Positions 1 to 10,392 are shown, counted from the first letter of the stretch. The stretch: DNA of 64,000 bases from Thermoanaerobaculia bacterium (GCA_963715895.1 OY970284.1:4899892-4963891); one strand, 5' to 3'. Program-made: numbers and translations. Notes: generated by a model from the sequence alone, not told the origin.

Positions 1-2765
1 GTGGCCAGCTGGTCAGCGTTCGGCGGGGGTCCGATGAAGTTGTTGAGGCAGCCGTAGCTCGTCCAGTTGAAGGCGTTGTAGACACCGCCGATGACACCGA
101 CCGAGGTGCGGCCGAAGGTGGCGAAATCTTTCTCGGCCTTGAGGTCGACGTTCCGGTCTGCGAAGCCGCCGCTCTTCGGCGGCGTGATCGATTTCGAGAA
201 CGGATGCGTCGCTTCGCGGTTGGCAAGGCTGAAGCCCTGCGTGAAGTCGAGGACGTTCGTGTACTGGCCCGATCCGAATGAAGCGATCGTGCTGAGGCGG
301 ATTTGCCACGGCAGGCCGAAGATGCCGGTGGCGGTGATGCGGTCGCGCTCCGAGCCCGGCACGTCATGCTTGCCGTACGCGGCAGCGGTCGGGAAGTCGA
401 GGCTGAAGAGATCGTTGCCGGTCTGCTCCGCCCGTCCGTGCGTCCAGGCGAAGGTGGCGCCCCAATGTGACTGGCTGGTGTACGGCCGGTCGAGCTTGGC
501 CTGAATGGCGTCGTACCAGTAGCGCTTCCCAACCGGATCGGACTTGATGATGTTGCCGAGGCCGGGGATGAGCTGCGCGCAGCAGAGGCCGTCCGGAGCT
601 GCCGACAGCCAGGTGAAGCCATGGTAGCCGCGCACGCCGTCATAGCTGAGCGAGCCATTCCACGTACCGAGCGTCTGACGGACGCCGAGGTTGAACATGT
701 TCGAGTACGGGGCCTTGGTGTTGTTGTTGAGGAGATAGACCTCGGGCTGCGCCTGGCCCGAGGCGATGAGACCATTGAGACCGGCGATCGTAAAGAATGA
801 CGGATCCCATTTGATGGTCGGTCCGCCGTTGCGCGGCGCGCCGGTCGGCGAGAACTGGATGTTGAACACCGGGTACTGCAGCCGATAGCGCTCGTCGAGC
901 GTGGCATTGAGGAAGATCCGGTCGTAGTACTTGCCGAAGCCGCCGAATACGATGGTTTTGTTCTCGCCGGTCACGTCATAAGAGAAGCCCAGACGCGGCT
1001 GGAACTCGTCCTTGGACGGCTTGCGCTGGCTGCCATTGGAGAAATAACTCGGATCGATCTTCCCCGTCAGCCCGGCCACGATGTTCGCCGGCGTGACGTA
1101 GTTATCGTCGAGCATGTGCGACTCGTAGTCCCAACGCAGCCCGAGCGTGAGGGAGAGGTTCTTATTCACGGTCCAACTATCCTGGCCGTAGATCCCGTAT
1201 TCATTGTTGTTCGTCTTGAGGATGGGGTTGCCGAAGCCGAACACGGCCTGGAAGGGCTGCGCGAATGTCAGGCCGTTTGCGGGATCGACATTGAAGTCGA
1301 ACTCCGGGTTGCCGTTCAGGCTCTTGTTGACGCTGTAATGCATCTTGTCGAAGTTGCCGCCGATCTGGAAGGCGTGCTCGCCGTGGAACTGCATCGGCGC
1401 GAAGTTGAAATCGTCACGCAGCTCGATGCGACGCTGATCGAAATCCTGCGTCGTGCTGTTGCCGCCGACGCGGCCCAGACCAAAGTAGTTGAGGCCGACC
1501 AGGTTCGGATTGAGCGGCTTCGGATTCCAGCCGTAGTCCTGCCAGCTGAACGTGGCCTGATTGAGGGCGCTGGCATTGTTCCACTGGTCGCGCACCGTCG
1601 TGCCGTAGACCCAGTTCCTCAGATCGGTGCCCGACTGGAAGGAGGTCGTGCCGCCGAAGTCGCGGATCTCGTGCTCGCGGCGGTAGTTGCCGGAGATGTC
1701 GACCATCTGATTCTTGTCCGGCTGCCAGCTGGCCTTTCCGAAGGCCAGGTTGGACTTGAACGGACTGGCGAACGAACCGCCCGGCTGGGGATCCATTGGA
1801 GTGTTGAGAGGGGTCGTGATGGTCGTGGCGTGCTCGTCGACCCCTTCGTAGGAGAAGAAGAAGTTGAGCTTGTCTTTGATGATCGGCCCGCCGAAGCTGA
1901 TGCCCGGCTGGGAGCGGTGGTACGACGCATTCGTCGACAGGGTCGAGAACTGGAAGCCCTTCGCCGTCGGTGCCACCCACTGTTTCGGCTGGTAGTAGTA
2001 GAAGGCGTTGCCCTCGAACTGGTTTCCGCCCGACTTCGTCACCGCCGTGATGATGGCGCTGGAGGCGTGGTCATACTGGGCGCTGAAGTTCTGCGTGATG
2101 ACGCGGAACTCCTGCACGGCGTTCTGCGGGAACGGATTGCCGCGGCTGGAGTCCTGTCCGACCAATCCTCCCTGCAGCACGTCGTTCTTGAAGCTGACGC
2201 CGTCGATGAAGACATTGGTCTGCTCTGCCGGCTGCGCATCGCCGGCGATGGTCTTCCTCTGCGGATCGGTCGACAGACGAATTCCAGGGGCGAGCTGGGC
2301 GAAGTTGAGGAAGTTGCGGTCGCCCTGCGGCAGGCTCTCCATCTGCTGCGGCGTCACGTTCGTGGAGGCTTCAGAGGTCCGCGTATCGACGAGTTGGTTT
2401 CCGACGACGGTGATGGTCTGGTTCATCGACGCATCAGCAGACATCGTGAAGTTCAGCTCGACGTTCTGTCCGAGCAGGACCTGCACCGTCTCATTGCGCG
2501 GCTGGAAGCCGGGGGCGGCCACGACCAGGTTGTACGTGCCCGGGGTGATGCCGGCCATCGTGTACGACCCGTCCGGCCCCGACATCACCGTCTTCACGAA
2601 GCCGCTGGCGGCGTTGACGGCGTCGACCTCCGCGGCAGGCAAGGCCGTGCCGTTCTGATTCGCCACCTTCCCGTGAATCGTGGCCGTCGTCAACTGGGCG
2701 GCAGCCGGCACTGCGATCGACGCGATCAACAATGTCATTGCTACAAAAACAGATATTCTTCTCAT
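1..2765 (-). CDS. TonB-dependent receptor with N-terminal carboxypeptidase-regulatory-like domain (3' end runs off the window)
   Basis: Missing from the ORF track because there is no stop in the window. My translation from ATG 2765 (RBS AAAGGAGAGG): MRRISVFVAMTLLIASIAVPAAAQLTTATIHGKV...GITPGTYNLVV...NFLNFAQLAPG...NAVQEFRVITQNFSAQY...ITAVTKSGGN...LGLRWDYES...FQPRLGFSYD. The ATG overlaps the LacI stop (ATGA). Confidence 0.9.
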   Translation of the reverse strand, partial: MRRISVFVAMTLLIASIAVPAAAQLTTATIHGKVANQNGTALPAAEVDAVNAASGFVKTVMSGPDGSYTMAGITPGTYNLVVAAPGFQPRNETVQVLLGQNVELNFTMSADASMNQTITVVGNQLVDTRTSEASTNVTPQQMESLPQGDRNFLNFAQLAPGIRLSTDPQRKTIAGDAQPAEQTNVFIDGVSFKNDVLQGGLVGQDSSRGNPFPQNAVQEFRVITQNFSAQYDHASSAIITAVTKSGGNQFEGNAFYYYQPKQWVAPTAKGFQFSTLSTNASYHRSQPGISFGGPIIKDKLNFFFSYEGVDEHATTITTPLNTPMDPQPGGSFASPFKSNLAFGKASWQPDKNQMVDISGNYRREHEIRDFGGTTSFQSGTDLRNWVYGTTVRDQWNNASALNQATFSWQDYGWNPKPLNPNLVGLNYFGLGRVGGNSTTQDFDQRRIELRDDFNFAPMQFHGEHAFQIGGNFDKMHYSVNKSLNGNPEFDFNVDPANGLTFAQPFQAVFGFGNPILKTNNNEYGIYGQDSWTVNKNLSLTLGLRWDYESHMLDDNYVTPANIVAGLTGKIDPSYFSNGSQRKPSKDEFQPRLGFSYDVTGENKTIVFGGFGKYYDRIFLNATLDERYRLQYPVFNIQFSPTGAPRNGGPTIKWDPSFFTIAGLNGLIASGQAQPEVYLLNNNTKAPYSNMFNLGVRQTLGTWNGSLSYDGVRGYHGFTWLSAAPDGLCCAQLIPGLGNIIKSDPVGKRYWYDAIQAKLDRPYTSQSHWGATFAWTHGRAEQTGNDLFSLDFPTAAAYGKHDVPGSERDRITATGIFGLPWQIRLSTIASFGSGQYTNVLDFTQGFSLANREATHPFSKSITPPKSGGFADRNVDLKAEKDFATFGRTSVGVIGGVYNAFNWTSYGCLNNFIGPPPNADQLA

Positions 2766-3880
2766 GAAACCTCTCCTTTGTTAAGGCTGCTACTCCGGCC
2801 ACGCGCCGCCCGATGCGGTTGCGTGCTCACTTTGGTTGCGTTGATGGGGGCCATGCAGGAACCGCGCACGACGAGGGCGGTCCCCACCCGTTCATGCCTG
2901 TACGCGTGCGCCGCCGGATCGTTGATGGCATCGAGCAGCAGCGCGAAGGCGCGCCGCCCGAGCTCCGCGATGTCGACACGCATCGTCGTCAGCGGCGGCG
3001 CAACGTAGCGCGCGATGGGAATGTCGTCGAATCCGACCACACTCATCCCCTCGGGAACTTTGATTCCGGCCGCGGCAAGCGACGCCAGCACCCCCACGGC
3101 CATCGAGTCGTTGGCGGAAAACACCGCCGTCGGCCGCGACGCCTGCGCGGCGATCCTGCTGCCCGCCGCGAACCCCGACTCCTCGGTGAAGTCACCGCTC
3201 CATTCGAGCGCGCGCAGCGACTTGGCCGCCATCCCGCGCATGGCGTGGCGATAGCCGCGAAGCCGTTCGCGTGCGTCGGCGTTGTGCTGCGGCCCGCAGA
3301 CGAAGGCGATGCGTGTGTGCCCGAGCTCGTGCAGGTACAGCATCATCGCCCGCGCGCCTCCGTAGTTGTCGATGGTGATGGCGTCACCGTTAACACCCGA
3401 TGAATTCAGGAGCACGACCGGCATCTTCGGCAGCTCCTCGAGCGGCGCGAGCGTGACGTCCGGCGCCATGACCACGAGCCCGTCGACGCGCCCGCGCATG
3501 GTCTCGACGACTTCGAGCATCTGACCCGGGTCGCTGTGCGAGCCCGATACGAGGATGTGGTACCCCTCGGCGCGCGCGGCGAGATCGATGCCGCGGATGA
3601 CCTCGGAGAAGAATTCGCCATGCACGTCCGGTAGCACGATGCCAATGGTCTGGCTGCGCCGGATACTGAGCGACCGCGCGGCGACGTTGGGAACGTAGCG
3701 CAGCGACTTGGCTGCCGCGCGAACCTGACGCGAGGTTTCCTCGCGCACCAGTTCCTTGCCGTTGAGCACGCGCGAGACCGTGGCCACCGAGACGCCCGCC
3801 CGCGCGGCGACGTCGTGAATCGTCGCTACCGCCGCGATCTTGGGGCGTCGGGCCTTTCGAGCAAGTGGTCGAGTCGGCAT
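2762..3880 (-). CDS. LacI family transcriptional regulator
   Basis: HTH TIHDVAARAGVSVATVSRVLN, hinge YVPNVAARSL, sugar-binding domain with VVGFDD and PPLTT. Confidence 0.95.
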   Translation of the reverse strand: MPTRPLARKARRPKIAAVATIHDVAARAGVSVATVSRVLNGKELVREETSRQVRAAAKSLRYVPNVAARSLSIRRSQTIGIVLPDVHGEFFSEVIRGIDLAARAEGYHILVSGSHSDPGQMLEVVETMRGRVDGLVVMAPDVTLAPLEELPKMPVVLLNSSGVNGDAITIDNYGGARAMMLYLHELGHTRIAFVCGPQHNADARERLRGYRHAMRGMAAKSLRALEWSGDFTEESGFAAGSRIAAQASRPTAVFSANDSMAVGVLASLAAAGIKVPEGMSVVGFDDIPIARYVAPPLTTMRVDIAELGRRAFALLLDAINDPAAHAYRHERVGTALVVRGSCMAPINATKVSTQPHRAARGRSSSLNKGEVS

Positions 3881-3986
3881 AAAGAGTGATTAGTGGGTTA
3901 GTCGATTCCGTGGATTAGTGACTTCGGCTCTGACGAGTATTTTTTGCTTCTGATCCACTGATCTACTAACCGCTAATCTACTTCCC

Positions 3987-4002
3987 ATGTAAACGGTTAC
4001 AT
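3987..4002. promoter_or_regulatory. LacI-family operator
   Basis: Near-perfect palindrome ATGTAAACGGTTACAT with central CG, lying between the divergent LacI and GH1 genes. Confidence 0.75.
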
Positions 4003-4054
4003 TTTGCGGTACGCTACTCACAATTCGATTGCCTGTCAATGAGGAGATGAAACG

Positions 4055-5401
4055 ATGACCGATGTCCGCTTCCCCGACGGCTTCGTCTGGGGCTCCGCAA
4101 CCGCGGCCTACCAGATCGAGGGAGCACCGCTCGCCGATGGCGCCGGCCCGAGCATCTGGCATCGCTTCAGCCACACCCCCGGACGCATGACCAACGGCGA
4201 CACCGGAGACGTCGCCTGCGATCACTATCATCTTTATAAGGACGATGTCGGCATCATGCGCGATCTCGGCCTGCAGGCGTATCGCTTCAGCATTTCCTGG
4301 AGCCGCATCCTCCCCGAGGGGACCGGACGCGTAAATCAGAAGGGACTCGATTTCTATCGCAGACTCGTCGACGCCCTGCGCGAAGCCGGTATCCTCCCGA
4401 TGGCGACGCTCTATCACTGGGACCTTCCCGGTGCCCTCGACGACCGCGGCGGCTGGCTTAACCGCGACGTCGCCGAGTGGTTCGCCGACTACGCGGCGAT
4501 TGCGTTTCAAGCCCTCGACGACAGCGTCGAGTGGTGGGCCACGCTCAACGAGCCGTGGGTGGTGACGGACGGCGGCTACCTCCACGGCGCGCTCGCTCCC
4601 GGCCATCGCAATCTCTTCGAGACGCCCATCGCCTCGCACAACCTCCTGCGCGCCCACGGCCGCGCCGTGGAGGTCTACCGCTCGATGGGAAAGCACGCCA
4701 TCGGCATCGTGGTGAACATCGAGCCGAAGTACCCAGGCTCACAAAGCGAGGAAGACCTCGCCGCCACCCGCCGCGCCGACGCCTACATGAATCGCCAGTA
4801 TCTCGACCCGATTTTTCGCGGCCGATACCCCGAGGAGATGGCCGACCTGTACGGCGAAGCGTGGCCGGACTTCCCCGCCGCCGATTTCGATCTGATCAAA
4901 CAGCCGCTCGATTTCGTCGGCATCAACTACTACCTGCGCGCGGTGACGAAGAACGATCCCGCCCAGATCATCGAGCGCGCCGCCCGCGTGCGCCAGCCGG
5001 GGTCGATCTACACGGAAACGGGATGGGAGGTGCACGCCCCCGCTCTGACCGACGTCCTCCTCTGGTTCCGCGACCGCTACGGCCCGACTCCGATTTACGT
5101 CACCGAAAACGGCGCCGCCTTCTACGACCCCCCGGTTGCCATCGACGGCACCGTCAACGACCCGCTCCGTATCCACTACCTGCGCGAGCACATCCTGGCC
5201 GTCCATCGCGCCATCGAACAAGGCGCCGACGTTCGCGGCTACTTCGTCTGGTCCCTCCTCGACAACCTGGAATGGTCCCTCGGCTACACCAAACGCTTCG
5301 GCATCGTGCACGTCGATTTCGCCACGCTGAAACGAACGCTGAAGGAGAGCGCGAAGTTCTACGCCGAGGTTGTGAGGACGGGCGGGAGGGCAGTGGGGTG
5401 A
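4055..5401 (+). CDS. GH1 beta-glucosidase
   Basis: FPDGFVWGSATAAYQIEG, YRFSISWSRI, TLNEP (acid/base), YVTENG (nucleophile), WSLLDNLEW. Confidence 0.97.
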   Translation: MTDVRFPDGFVWGSATAAYQIEGAPLADGAGPSIWHRFSHTPGRMTNGDTGDVACDHYHLYKDDVGIMRDLGLQAYRFSISWSRILPEGTGRVNQKGLDFYRRLVDALREAGILPMATLYHWDLPGALDDRGGWLNRDVAEWFADYAAIAFQALDDSVEWWATLNEPWVVTDGGYLHGALAPGHRNLFETPIASHNLLRAHGRAVEVYRSMGKHAIGIVVNIEPKYPGSQSEEDLAATRRADAYMNRQYLDPIFRGRYPEEMADLYGEAWPDFPAADFDLIKQPLDFVGINYYLRAVTKNDPAQIIERAARVRQPGSIYTETGWEVHAPALTDVLLWFRDRYGPTPIYVTENGAAFYDPPVAIDGTVNDPLRIHYLREHILAVHRAIEQGADVRGYFVWSLLDNLEWSLGYTKRFGIVHVDFATLKRTLKESAKFYAEVVRTGGRAVG

Positions 5402-5410
5402 GGCGCGACC

Positions 5411-5833
5411 CTACAAGATCGGCAACAAGCAGACGACGTCATCTCCACCCGCGGTTGCCAACGCACGATCGAAGGTAACGACCCGCCCTCCGTTTCGTCT
5501 TGCCAGGCCGAGCAGGTAGCGATCAGTCACGTGCTTCGCGGTCCCCGCGGATCGAAACTCCGGCAATACAGCCGGTGACACCGTGTCCGGCCACCAAACA
5601 TATCCACGTTTGGAGATCGTCAACATGAGCAATTCATCCGCCGTCGCTTCCGGAGTCCACCTTCCCCCTGGGAGCTGCGCGCAGACTCGAATCACACCCA
5701 ACTCTGTCACTATGCACGTCGCCCATCCCCCGGTGGCCGCCTCACTCGAAAACCAGTTCAGGGCCAGAGTGTGATGTTGATGCTCGGCGAGGAGCAGCGC
5801 CACCAGTACGTTGACATCTAGAAGCGCGACCAC
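5411..5833 (-). CDS. vapC: PIN-domain toxin, VapC family
   Basis: ALLDVNVLVAL...TELG...VTDRYLLGLA...VVTFDR, the PIN acidic residue pattern. Confidence 0.88.
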   Translation of the reverse strand: MVALLDVNVLVALLLAEHQHHTLALNWFSSEAATGGWATCIVTELGVIRVCAQLPGGRWTPEATADELLMLTISKRGYVWWPDTVSPAVLPEFRSAGTAKHVTDRYLLGLARRNGGRVVTFDRALATAGGDDVVCLLPIL

Positions 5834-5841
5834 GCGACCAG

Positions 5842-6069
5842 CTACTCCGCGTCGCCATTCGCCAAACGATCAACATCCTCGACCGTGAGCACGGGAGCGC
5901 CAGGTCGCGGCGGAAATACGGGGACACCCCGCTCGAAACGGATGTCAGCCTCAGCCACGCGCCGGAGCAAGGCTTCAACGAAGTCGTCGACCGGTTGTCC
6001 CATCTGATTTGCCAGATTCGCGAGACGAGCCTTAAGAGCCTCATCTAGGGTGATGGTGGCGGTCGGCAT
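5842..6069 (-). CDS. Putative RHH/CopG-type antitoxin
   Basis: 75 aa; N-terminal TATITLDEAL strand-helix; C-terminal GVPVFPPRPGAPVLTVEDVDRL; directly upstream of vapC. Confidence 0.75.
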   Translation of the reverse strand: MPTATITLDEALKARLANLANQMGQPVDDFVEALLRRVAEADIRFERGVPVFPPRPGAPVLTVEDVDRLANGDAE

Positions 6070-6194
6070 TACTCAAATCCTCCTGCTCGTCGCCCATCGT
6101 CGCACAAAGAACAGCAAATCGAACGGCGTGACTTGCTCCAGAATGCCTCCCCGCGCTTGACTCAAGGCGTGTACCACACCATCCTACCGTGCTG

Positions 6195-6431
6195 ATGAAG
6201 TCCACCGTTTCCTCGAGGGTCAAATCGTCCTATCCGCACTCCGGGAGATGGACCACGTCGAACCTGGGGAGGAACTTAACGTCGAGCAACTCGACCCCCA
6301 GCGATAACTGGCTCGTGTGGCGGACCGCCCTGCCGAATGAGGGCGTCGTTGATTGGCTCCTCGCCTGCCCCGAGAAGGGATTCTTCGTCCCCATTGAATC
6401 CGAGTCGATCGACGTACCGCGAGACATCTGA
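6195..6431 (+). pseudogene. Degenerate AbrB/MazE-type antitoxin
   Basis: Joining frames across two frameshifts gives MKSTVSS/GQIVLSALREMDHVEPGEELNVEQLDP/...LVWRTALPNEGVVDWLLACPEK; the 'TVSSxGQIVL' start is AbrB-like. Confidence 0.6.
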
Positions 6432-6548
6432 TCCTGCCAACGTCCTGGCCCGCAAAACCGGCCCCGCATCCGAGTGACCGCCGCCTCTGGGAAGCCAGGA
6501 GTTGTTGACCTCATAACCATCTTGACCAATCATGACGGCGAGGGGACC

Positions 6549-6852
6549 GTGGGAAGGGCACGCCAAGAAACGATCACCGTCGCTGAAACCAAAAAGTGGA
6601 TCTCGAGCCTGCTGAGACGTGTCGCTTTCGGCAAGGAAACGATTCTGATCACGAGGCCGAGGCCGCCCGATGGCCAAACTCATTCCTCCTGACGCTGAAC
6701 CTGTCGAGCCGGGTCTCGGGACCGTGCGGGGCTGGCTCCTCGCCGATGATCCTTTTCTGGCGGCCGTGGATGAGATTGTCACCGCGCGCGCCAGACACCG
6801 TTCGCGCGGAGCGTTGCCCAGGCCGCGCACCGAGCCGTCGGCGGTGAGGTAG
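6549..6852 (+). pseudogene. Frameshifted Phd/YefM antitoxin
   Basis: ETITVAETKKWISSLLRRVAFGKETILITR, frameshift near 6657, then RGRPMAKLIPP; the Phd signature is split over two frames. Confidence 0.7.
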
Positions 6853-7080
6853 CTGCTCGATACCGCGTCCTGTACGAGGTGATTCGGAAGGATCCGAACC
6901 GGGGGCTTATGCAACGGCTGGGCGAGATTGCGCCACGCGACGCGGTAACGTTGGTAATCTGCGTCGCGAAGCTCGCAACGGAATGGCTCGTGTTGTCCAC
7001 GGTGCGTGTCTCTAGGAACGAATTTCCCGCCAGATTCTGAGTCACTCGAAATTCCTCCGCCCGGGAAGGAAAACGTTTGG
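6844..7080 (+). pseudogene. Decayed VapC/PIN toxin fragment
   Basis: GTG AGG TAG CTG CTC GAT ACC = MR*LLDT, then shifted frame VLYEVIRKDPNRGLMQRL...VICVAKL, with further stops and truncation; follows the Phd pseudogene. Confidence 0.6.
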
Positions 7081-7297
7081 ATTGTCCGTGAAGGGGTTCT
7101 ACTCGCAACACTCAAAGCTCAAATGCGAGCCGATCGGCGCGTCTGCCATGGTGGAGTTGACGAGCGACCTTCGCGATAGACCCAACGAAAGCACACATCG
7201 AAGAATTCAGGGATCCATCCTCTACCCTGGTTTTCAAAGTCCGCCGGAGTATGATACGTTTACAGCCTTCCGGTATATTTCCGCCAAGGGAACTAGA

Positions 7298-7999
7298 ATG
7301 CTCGTCCAATCGTTCAGGAATGTCATGGAGTCGGCCGCCGCCGACCATTCGTTTCACAAAGCGTCCGGTTACATCGCTGATACAGATGCGTTGTTTTCCA
7401 GTGAGGCGATCGCTCAGTTGGAAAATGCCCATCACGGCTGCTTTGCATTTCTTGCGTTCGACGGGAAGGCCGATCCCATCGTAGCCCAATACGTCGCCGG
7501 TGGAACGCTGGCGGCGGATTCCGGATCGCGAGTCATGGTCTTGTTCACGGCGCAGGCATCTGTGTCTACGCCTCGGAAGCTGTCGCTGGGGATGCTGAAC
7601 GGCGCCGTCGTCATCGACGATGGCAAACATCCTGCCTATGACTGCGTCCGCAAACTTCTTCCCACAATTCCCGTACCGCCGTTACCGGCGGTTGTGGTGT
7701 TCGACCGCTTCACAGGAGGCGTTGAGCCGGTCGTCATTGGCATCGGCGACGCGACAACAACGGTCGAGTTGCGCACAAGGCTGCAGAAAGTATTCGGCGA
7801 TGCGGCGTCCCAGGTACGAGAGAGGGCTAGTGACACCAGCCGTGATTTTGCTACTCGGTTGAGCGCGGCTTTGGCGCGCGACGGCATCGAATACGAACGG
7901 AGCGGTGCGACATCGGTCCGGGAATGGCTGACGAACCTTTGGCAATGGGCGCGCCAGAATGTCAGCACTGTCGTCTCGATCGTGAAGCTTTTTGCGTGA
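7298..7999 (+). CDS. Hypothetical protein
   Basis: Open frame 7082-7999; likely start ATG 7298 (AAGGG upstream); lower-GC codon usage; amphipathic C-terminal helix. Confidence 0.65.
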   Translation: MLVQSFRNVMESAAADHSFHKASGYIADTDALFSSEAIAQLENAHHGCFAFLAFDGKADPIVAQYVAGGTLAADSGSRVMVLFTAQASVSTPRKLSLGMLNGAVVIDDGKHPAYDCVRKLLPTIPVPPLPAVVVFDRFTGGVEPVVIGIGDATTTVELRTRLQKVFGDAASQVRERASDTSRDFATRLSAALARDGIEYERSGATSVREWLTNLWQWARQNVSTVVSIVKLFA

Positions 8000-9713
8000 G
8001 TGCGAATTGCGAAGCTCATCAAAAGCAGGCAAAGTACTCCGCCCGCTGGCCGAGCGGCTCTTCGCACAACTGCGAACCATGGGACAAGTGGCTGACCGGA
8101 AGTCAGCCGGCCCCGAGGACAACGCAATGCTCATCCAGAGGCTAAGCGCCGTCTTGAGCTTTCTCTACATTTTGGAAGCCCAAGCTGATTTGACATTCGA
8201 GGATGGCGAGGCGCCGATCCTCTACAACACGAAGGGATGGCCTGCCGGCTCTCCACCCGCGGGCTGGACGTCGATGAGCGCCGGCGTTCTGCCGTCACAA
8301 CTCGTGACATCCTGGCTCGCATTCTGGACGGGGAGCGCGTTTGAGGAAGAAAAACGGCCGTCTGTTCGCCGCCTCGTCAAAGCCGCCGGCTGGCTTCTGA
8401 TGACAACGGATCTGGCCACGGCGATCAGATACCTTTTCGATCTCCTGCGGAGTGGAGTCGTGATCGACGAAGATGACGTTGCACAATCCGCCGACGCGCT
8501 AATCAGGGCATATCGTGCTGCGGCCGATGACGACGACGTACCGCACCTGATCTTCGGTCAGGCATTGCCGCTCGCGCCGGCCATGCTAATCGACGCGGAC
8601 CCATCCTACGTCGGCAATCGGCAGCTCAGGCGGCCGTTGCCACCCGACATCGGCGAAATCCTGATTCAGACGGCAATCGATGAAATCGACCACACACGCG
8701 AGACAACTAGCTACGATACGTGGTTCGTTCAGCAGATCGTCCTCGGGAAAGTATTAGGGGCCGTAGGATCATTGCTGACGGAACATGCCCCCCCCACCCC
8801 GGGCCTGACCGCTCTTCTCGATCAATTCGAGGAGATGACGGCTGACGGTTTCGGCATACGTCTCGTGACCGCAGCCTATGGAATGGTCGAGCAGATTACG
8901 ACCTTTTCTCATTCGTTCTCGCTGATTTTTAAGGGCTCCGGTGATCCCGATTGGCGTGATAGATTCCTAACCGAGCGGGCGCTCGTCCCGAATTCAATCT
9001 CCGGCCTGCTCCTCGACGCGCCAGCGGCACTCCCACCGGAATGGCAGGGCATTTCTTCCGAGCTTGCTCCAGCCGTTGCCACGGTCGTACTCCGCGGCGG
9101 CGATCATTTCAGCCTATCTCGTCAAGTACCGTTTACCCCTGCAGAGCTGATCGCTTCAGAGAGAGTGAGAAAAATTCTCGCAGAAATCAGCATCGTCGAT
9201 GATTCAACAGCGCTCGCTGCTGTCTGCGACCTCCTCGATACGGCAAGACCAGAGCCTGCACAGAAAGCGAACGTGGACCTGGATCAACTGCTCGGTTCTG
9301 ATGTGACAACGTCGTCATCGACAGAAGAAGACGCGCGCGGCGCTAAACGCGAAGCTCGCGATGATTTCAAAGCCAGGTTGCTGCTTGCTGCGGCGATCGA
9401 CGAAGCGAATCCTCAGATCAAACACTCGATGAACGCACTCTATGCTGATCGCATACGCCAACTTGAAGGATTGGCCGGACTTTATCCCTGGCACGCCTCG
9501 ATTCAGTTAGAGCTTGCCATCGCCCTCGACGAAAATGGTGAGCACGGACGCGCTCTCAATCACATTGAAAAAGCGCTCATGCTCGAGCCTATGGAATCGC
9601 TGCACTGGCACTCGTTCAGCGTCATTTTGTTACACGAGTCCCTGCCTGACGAAGCCCGGATCGCCTTCATGATGAAAGAATGGCTCGCTTCGCGCGCTGA
9701 CCGCGCCGAGTAG
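7992..9713 (+). CDS. Hypothetical helical protein with C-terminal TPR-like repeats
   Basis: 573 aa frame (start uncertain; ATG 8079 or 8127 possible); C-terminal LELAIALDENGEHGRALNHIEKALMLEP fits a TPR. Confidence 0.7.
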   Translation: MRECELRSSSKAGKVLRPLAERLFAQLRTMGQVADRKSAGPEDNAMLIQRLSAVLSFLYILEAQADLTFEDGEAPILYNTKGWPAGSPPAGWTSMSAGVLPSQLVTSWLAFWTGSAFEEEKRPSVRRLVKAAGWLLMTTDLATAIRYLFDLLRSGVVIDEDDVAQSADALIRAYRAAADDDDVPHLIFGQALPLAPAMLIDADPSYVGNRQLRRPLPPDIGEILIQTAIDEIDHTRETTSYDTWFVQQIVLGKVLGAVGSLLTEHAPPTPGLTALLDQFEEMTADGFGIRLVTAAYGMVEQITTFSHSFSLIFKGSGDPDWRDRFLTERALVPNSISGLLLDAPAALPPEWQGISSELAPAVATVVLRGGDHFSLSRQVPFTPAELIASERVRKILAEISIVDDSTALAAVCDLLDTARPEPAQKANVDLDQLLGSDVTTSSSTEEDARGAKREARDDFKARLLLAAAIDEANPQIKHSMNALYADRIRQLEGLAGLYPWHASIQLELAIALDENGEHGRALNHIEKALMLEPMESLHWHSFSVILLHESLPDEARIAFMMKEWLASRADRAE

Positions 9714-9865
9714 TTGGGGGCACAGAAACATATGTTTGATCTGGACTGCTGACGCCCATGTACGCCGCCGCTCCCAACCAAAGAGGACCACGCTGAACTA
9801 CTCTGTTTGACCGAACCCATCGCTCGGAGGAATGGTTCACCCATTGCAAACGAAGGAGGACCAAC

Positions 9866-10339
9866 ATGGCCACGAAGAAGACAACCAAGGCAAAGTCACC
9901 CGCGAAGAAGGCGACGAAACGGCCGGCCCCGAAGAAGGCGAAAGCGGACAACACGCTTCGTCTCACCTCGGCCAGCCCCAGCTTCACCGTCAACGACATC
10001 GAGAAGAGCCTGGCCTGGTATCGAGACGTCCTCGGTTTGACTGTCAGTGAGCGGTGGGAGGACGGCGGCAAGCTGCTGGGCGTCGAGATGGCCGCCGGCG
10101 ATGTGTCGTTCATGATCGGGCAGGACGACTGGAAGAAGGGGCGCGATCGGGTCAAGGGCGTCGGCGTGCGACTGTACTGCATGACCGATCAGGACATCGA
10201 TACGCTCGCGGCGCGGATCAAGGCGAACGGCGGAACGCTGGAGGGACCGATGGACACGCAGTGGGGCACCCGTGAGTTGGCGGTCGACGATCCGGACGGA
10301 TACAAGATCACCATCGCGAAAGAGACCAGGAAGCGGTAG
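9866..10339 (+). CDS. VOC/glyoxalase/bleomycin-resistance family protein with Lys-rich N-terminal tail
   Basis: VNDIEKSLAWYRDVLG...QWGTRELAVDDPDGYKI; RBS AAGGAGG. Confidence 0.9.
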   Translation: MATKKTTKAKSPAKKATKRPAPKKAKADNTLRLTSASPSFTVNDIEKSLAWYRDVLGLTVSERWEDGGKLLGVEMAAGDVSFMIGQDDWKKGRDRVKGVGVRLYCMTDQDIDTLAARIKANGGTLEGPMDTQWGTRELAVDDPDGYKITIAKETRKR

Positions 10340-10392
10340 CCGCGAATCCCGTTCACCGCAACGTTAGCTTCGTGGCGATACAAGGGCTGAGC

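Noticed and set aside
1116-3008. 630-aa plus-strand ORF
   Set aside because: Antisense shadow of the TonB-dependent receptor; typical of high-GC DNA and has no motifs
1-5401. Sugar locus as a novel system
   Set aside because: TBDR + LacI + GH1 is a well-known beta-glucoside utilisation arrangement
9866-9950. Lys-rich N-terminus of the VOC protein as a second precursor peptide
   Set aside because: Generic KK/AK/PA tail without 4-residue periodicity, and no ECF motif upstream
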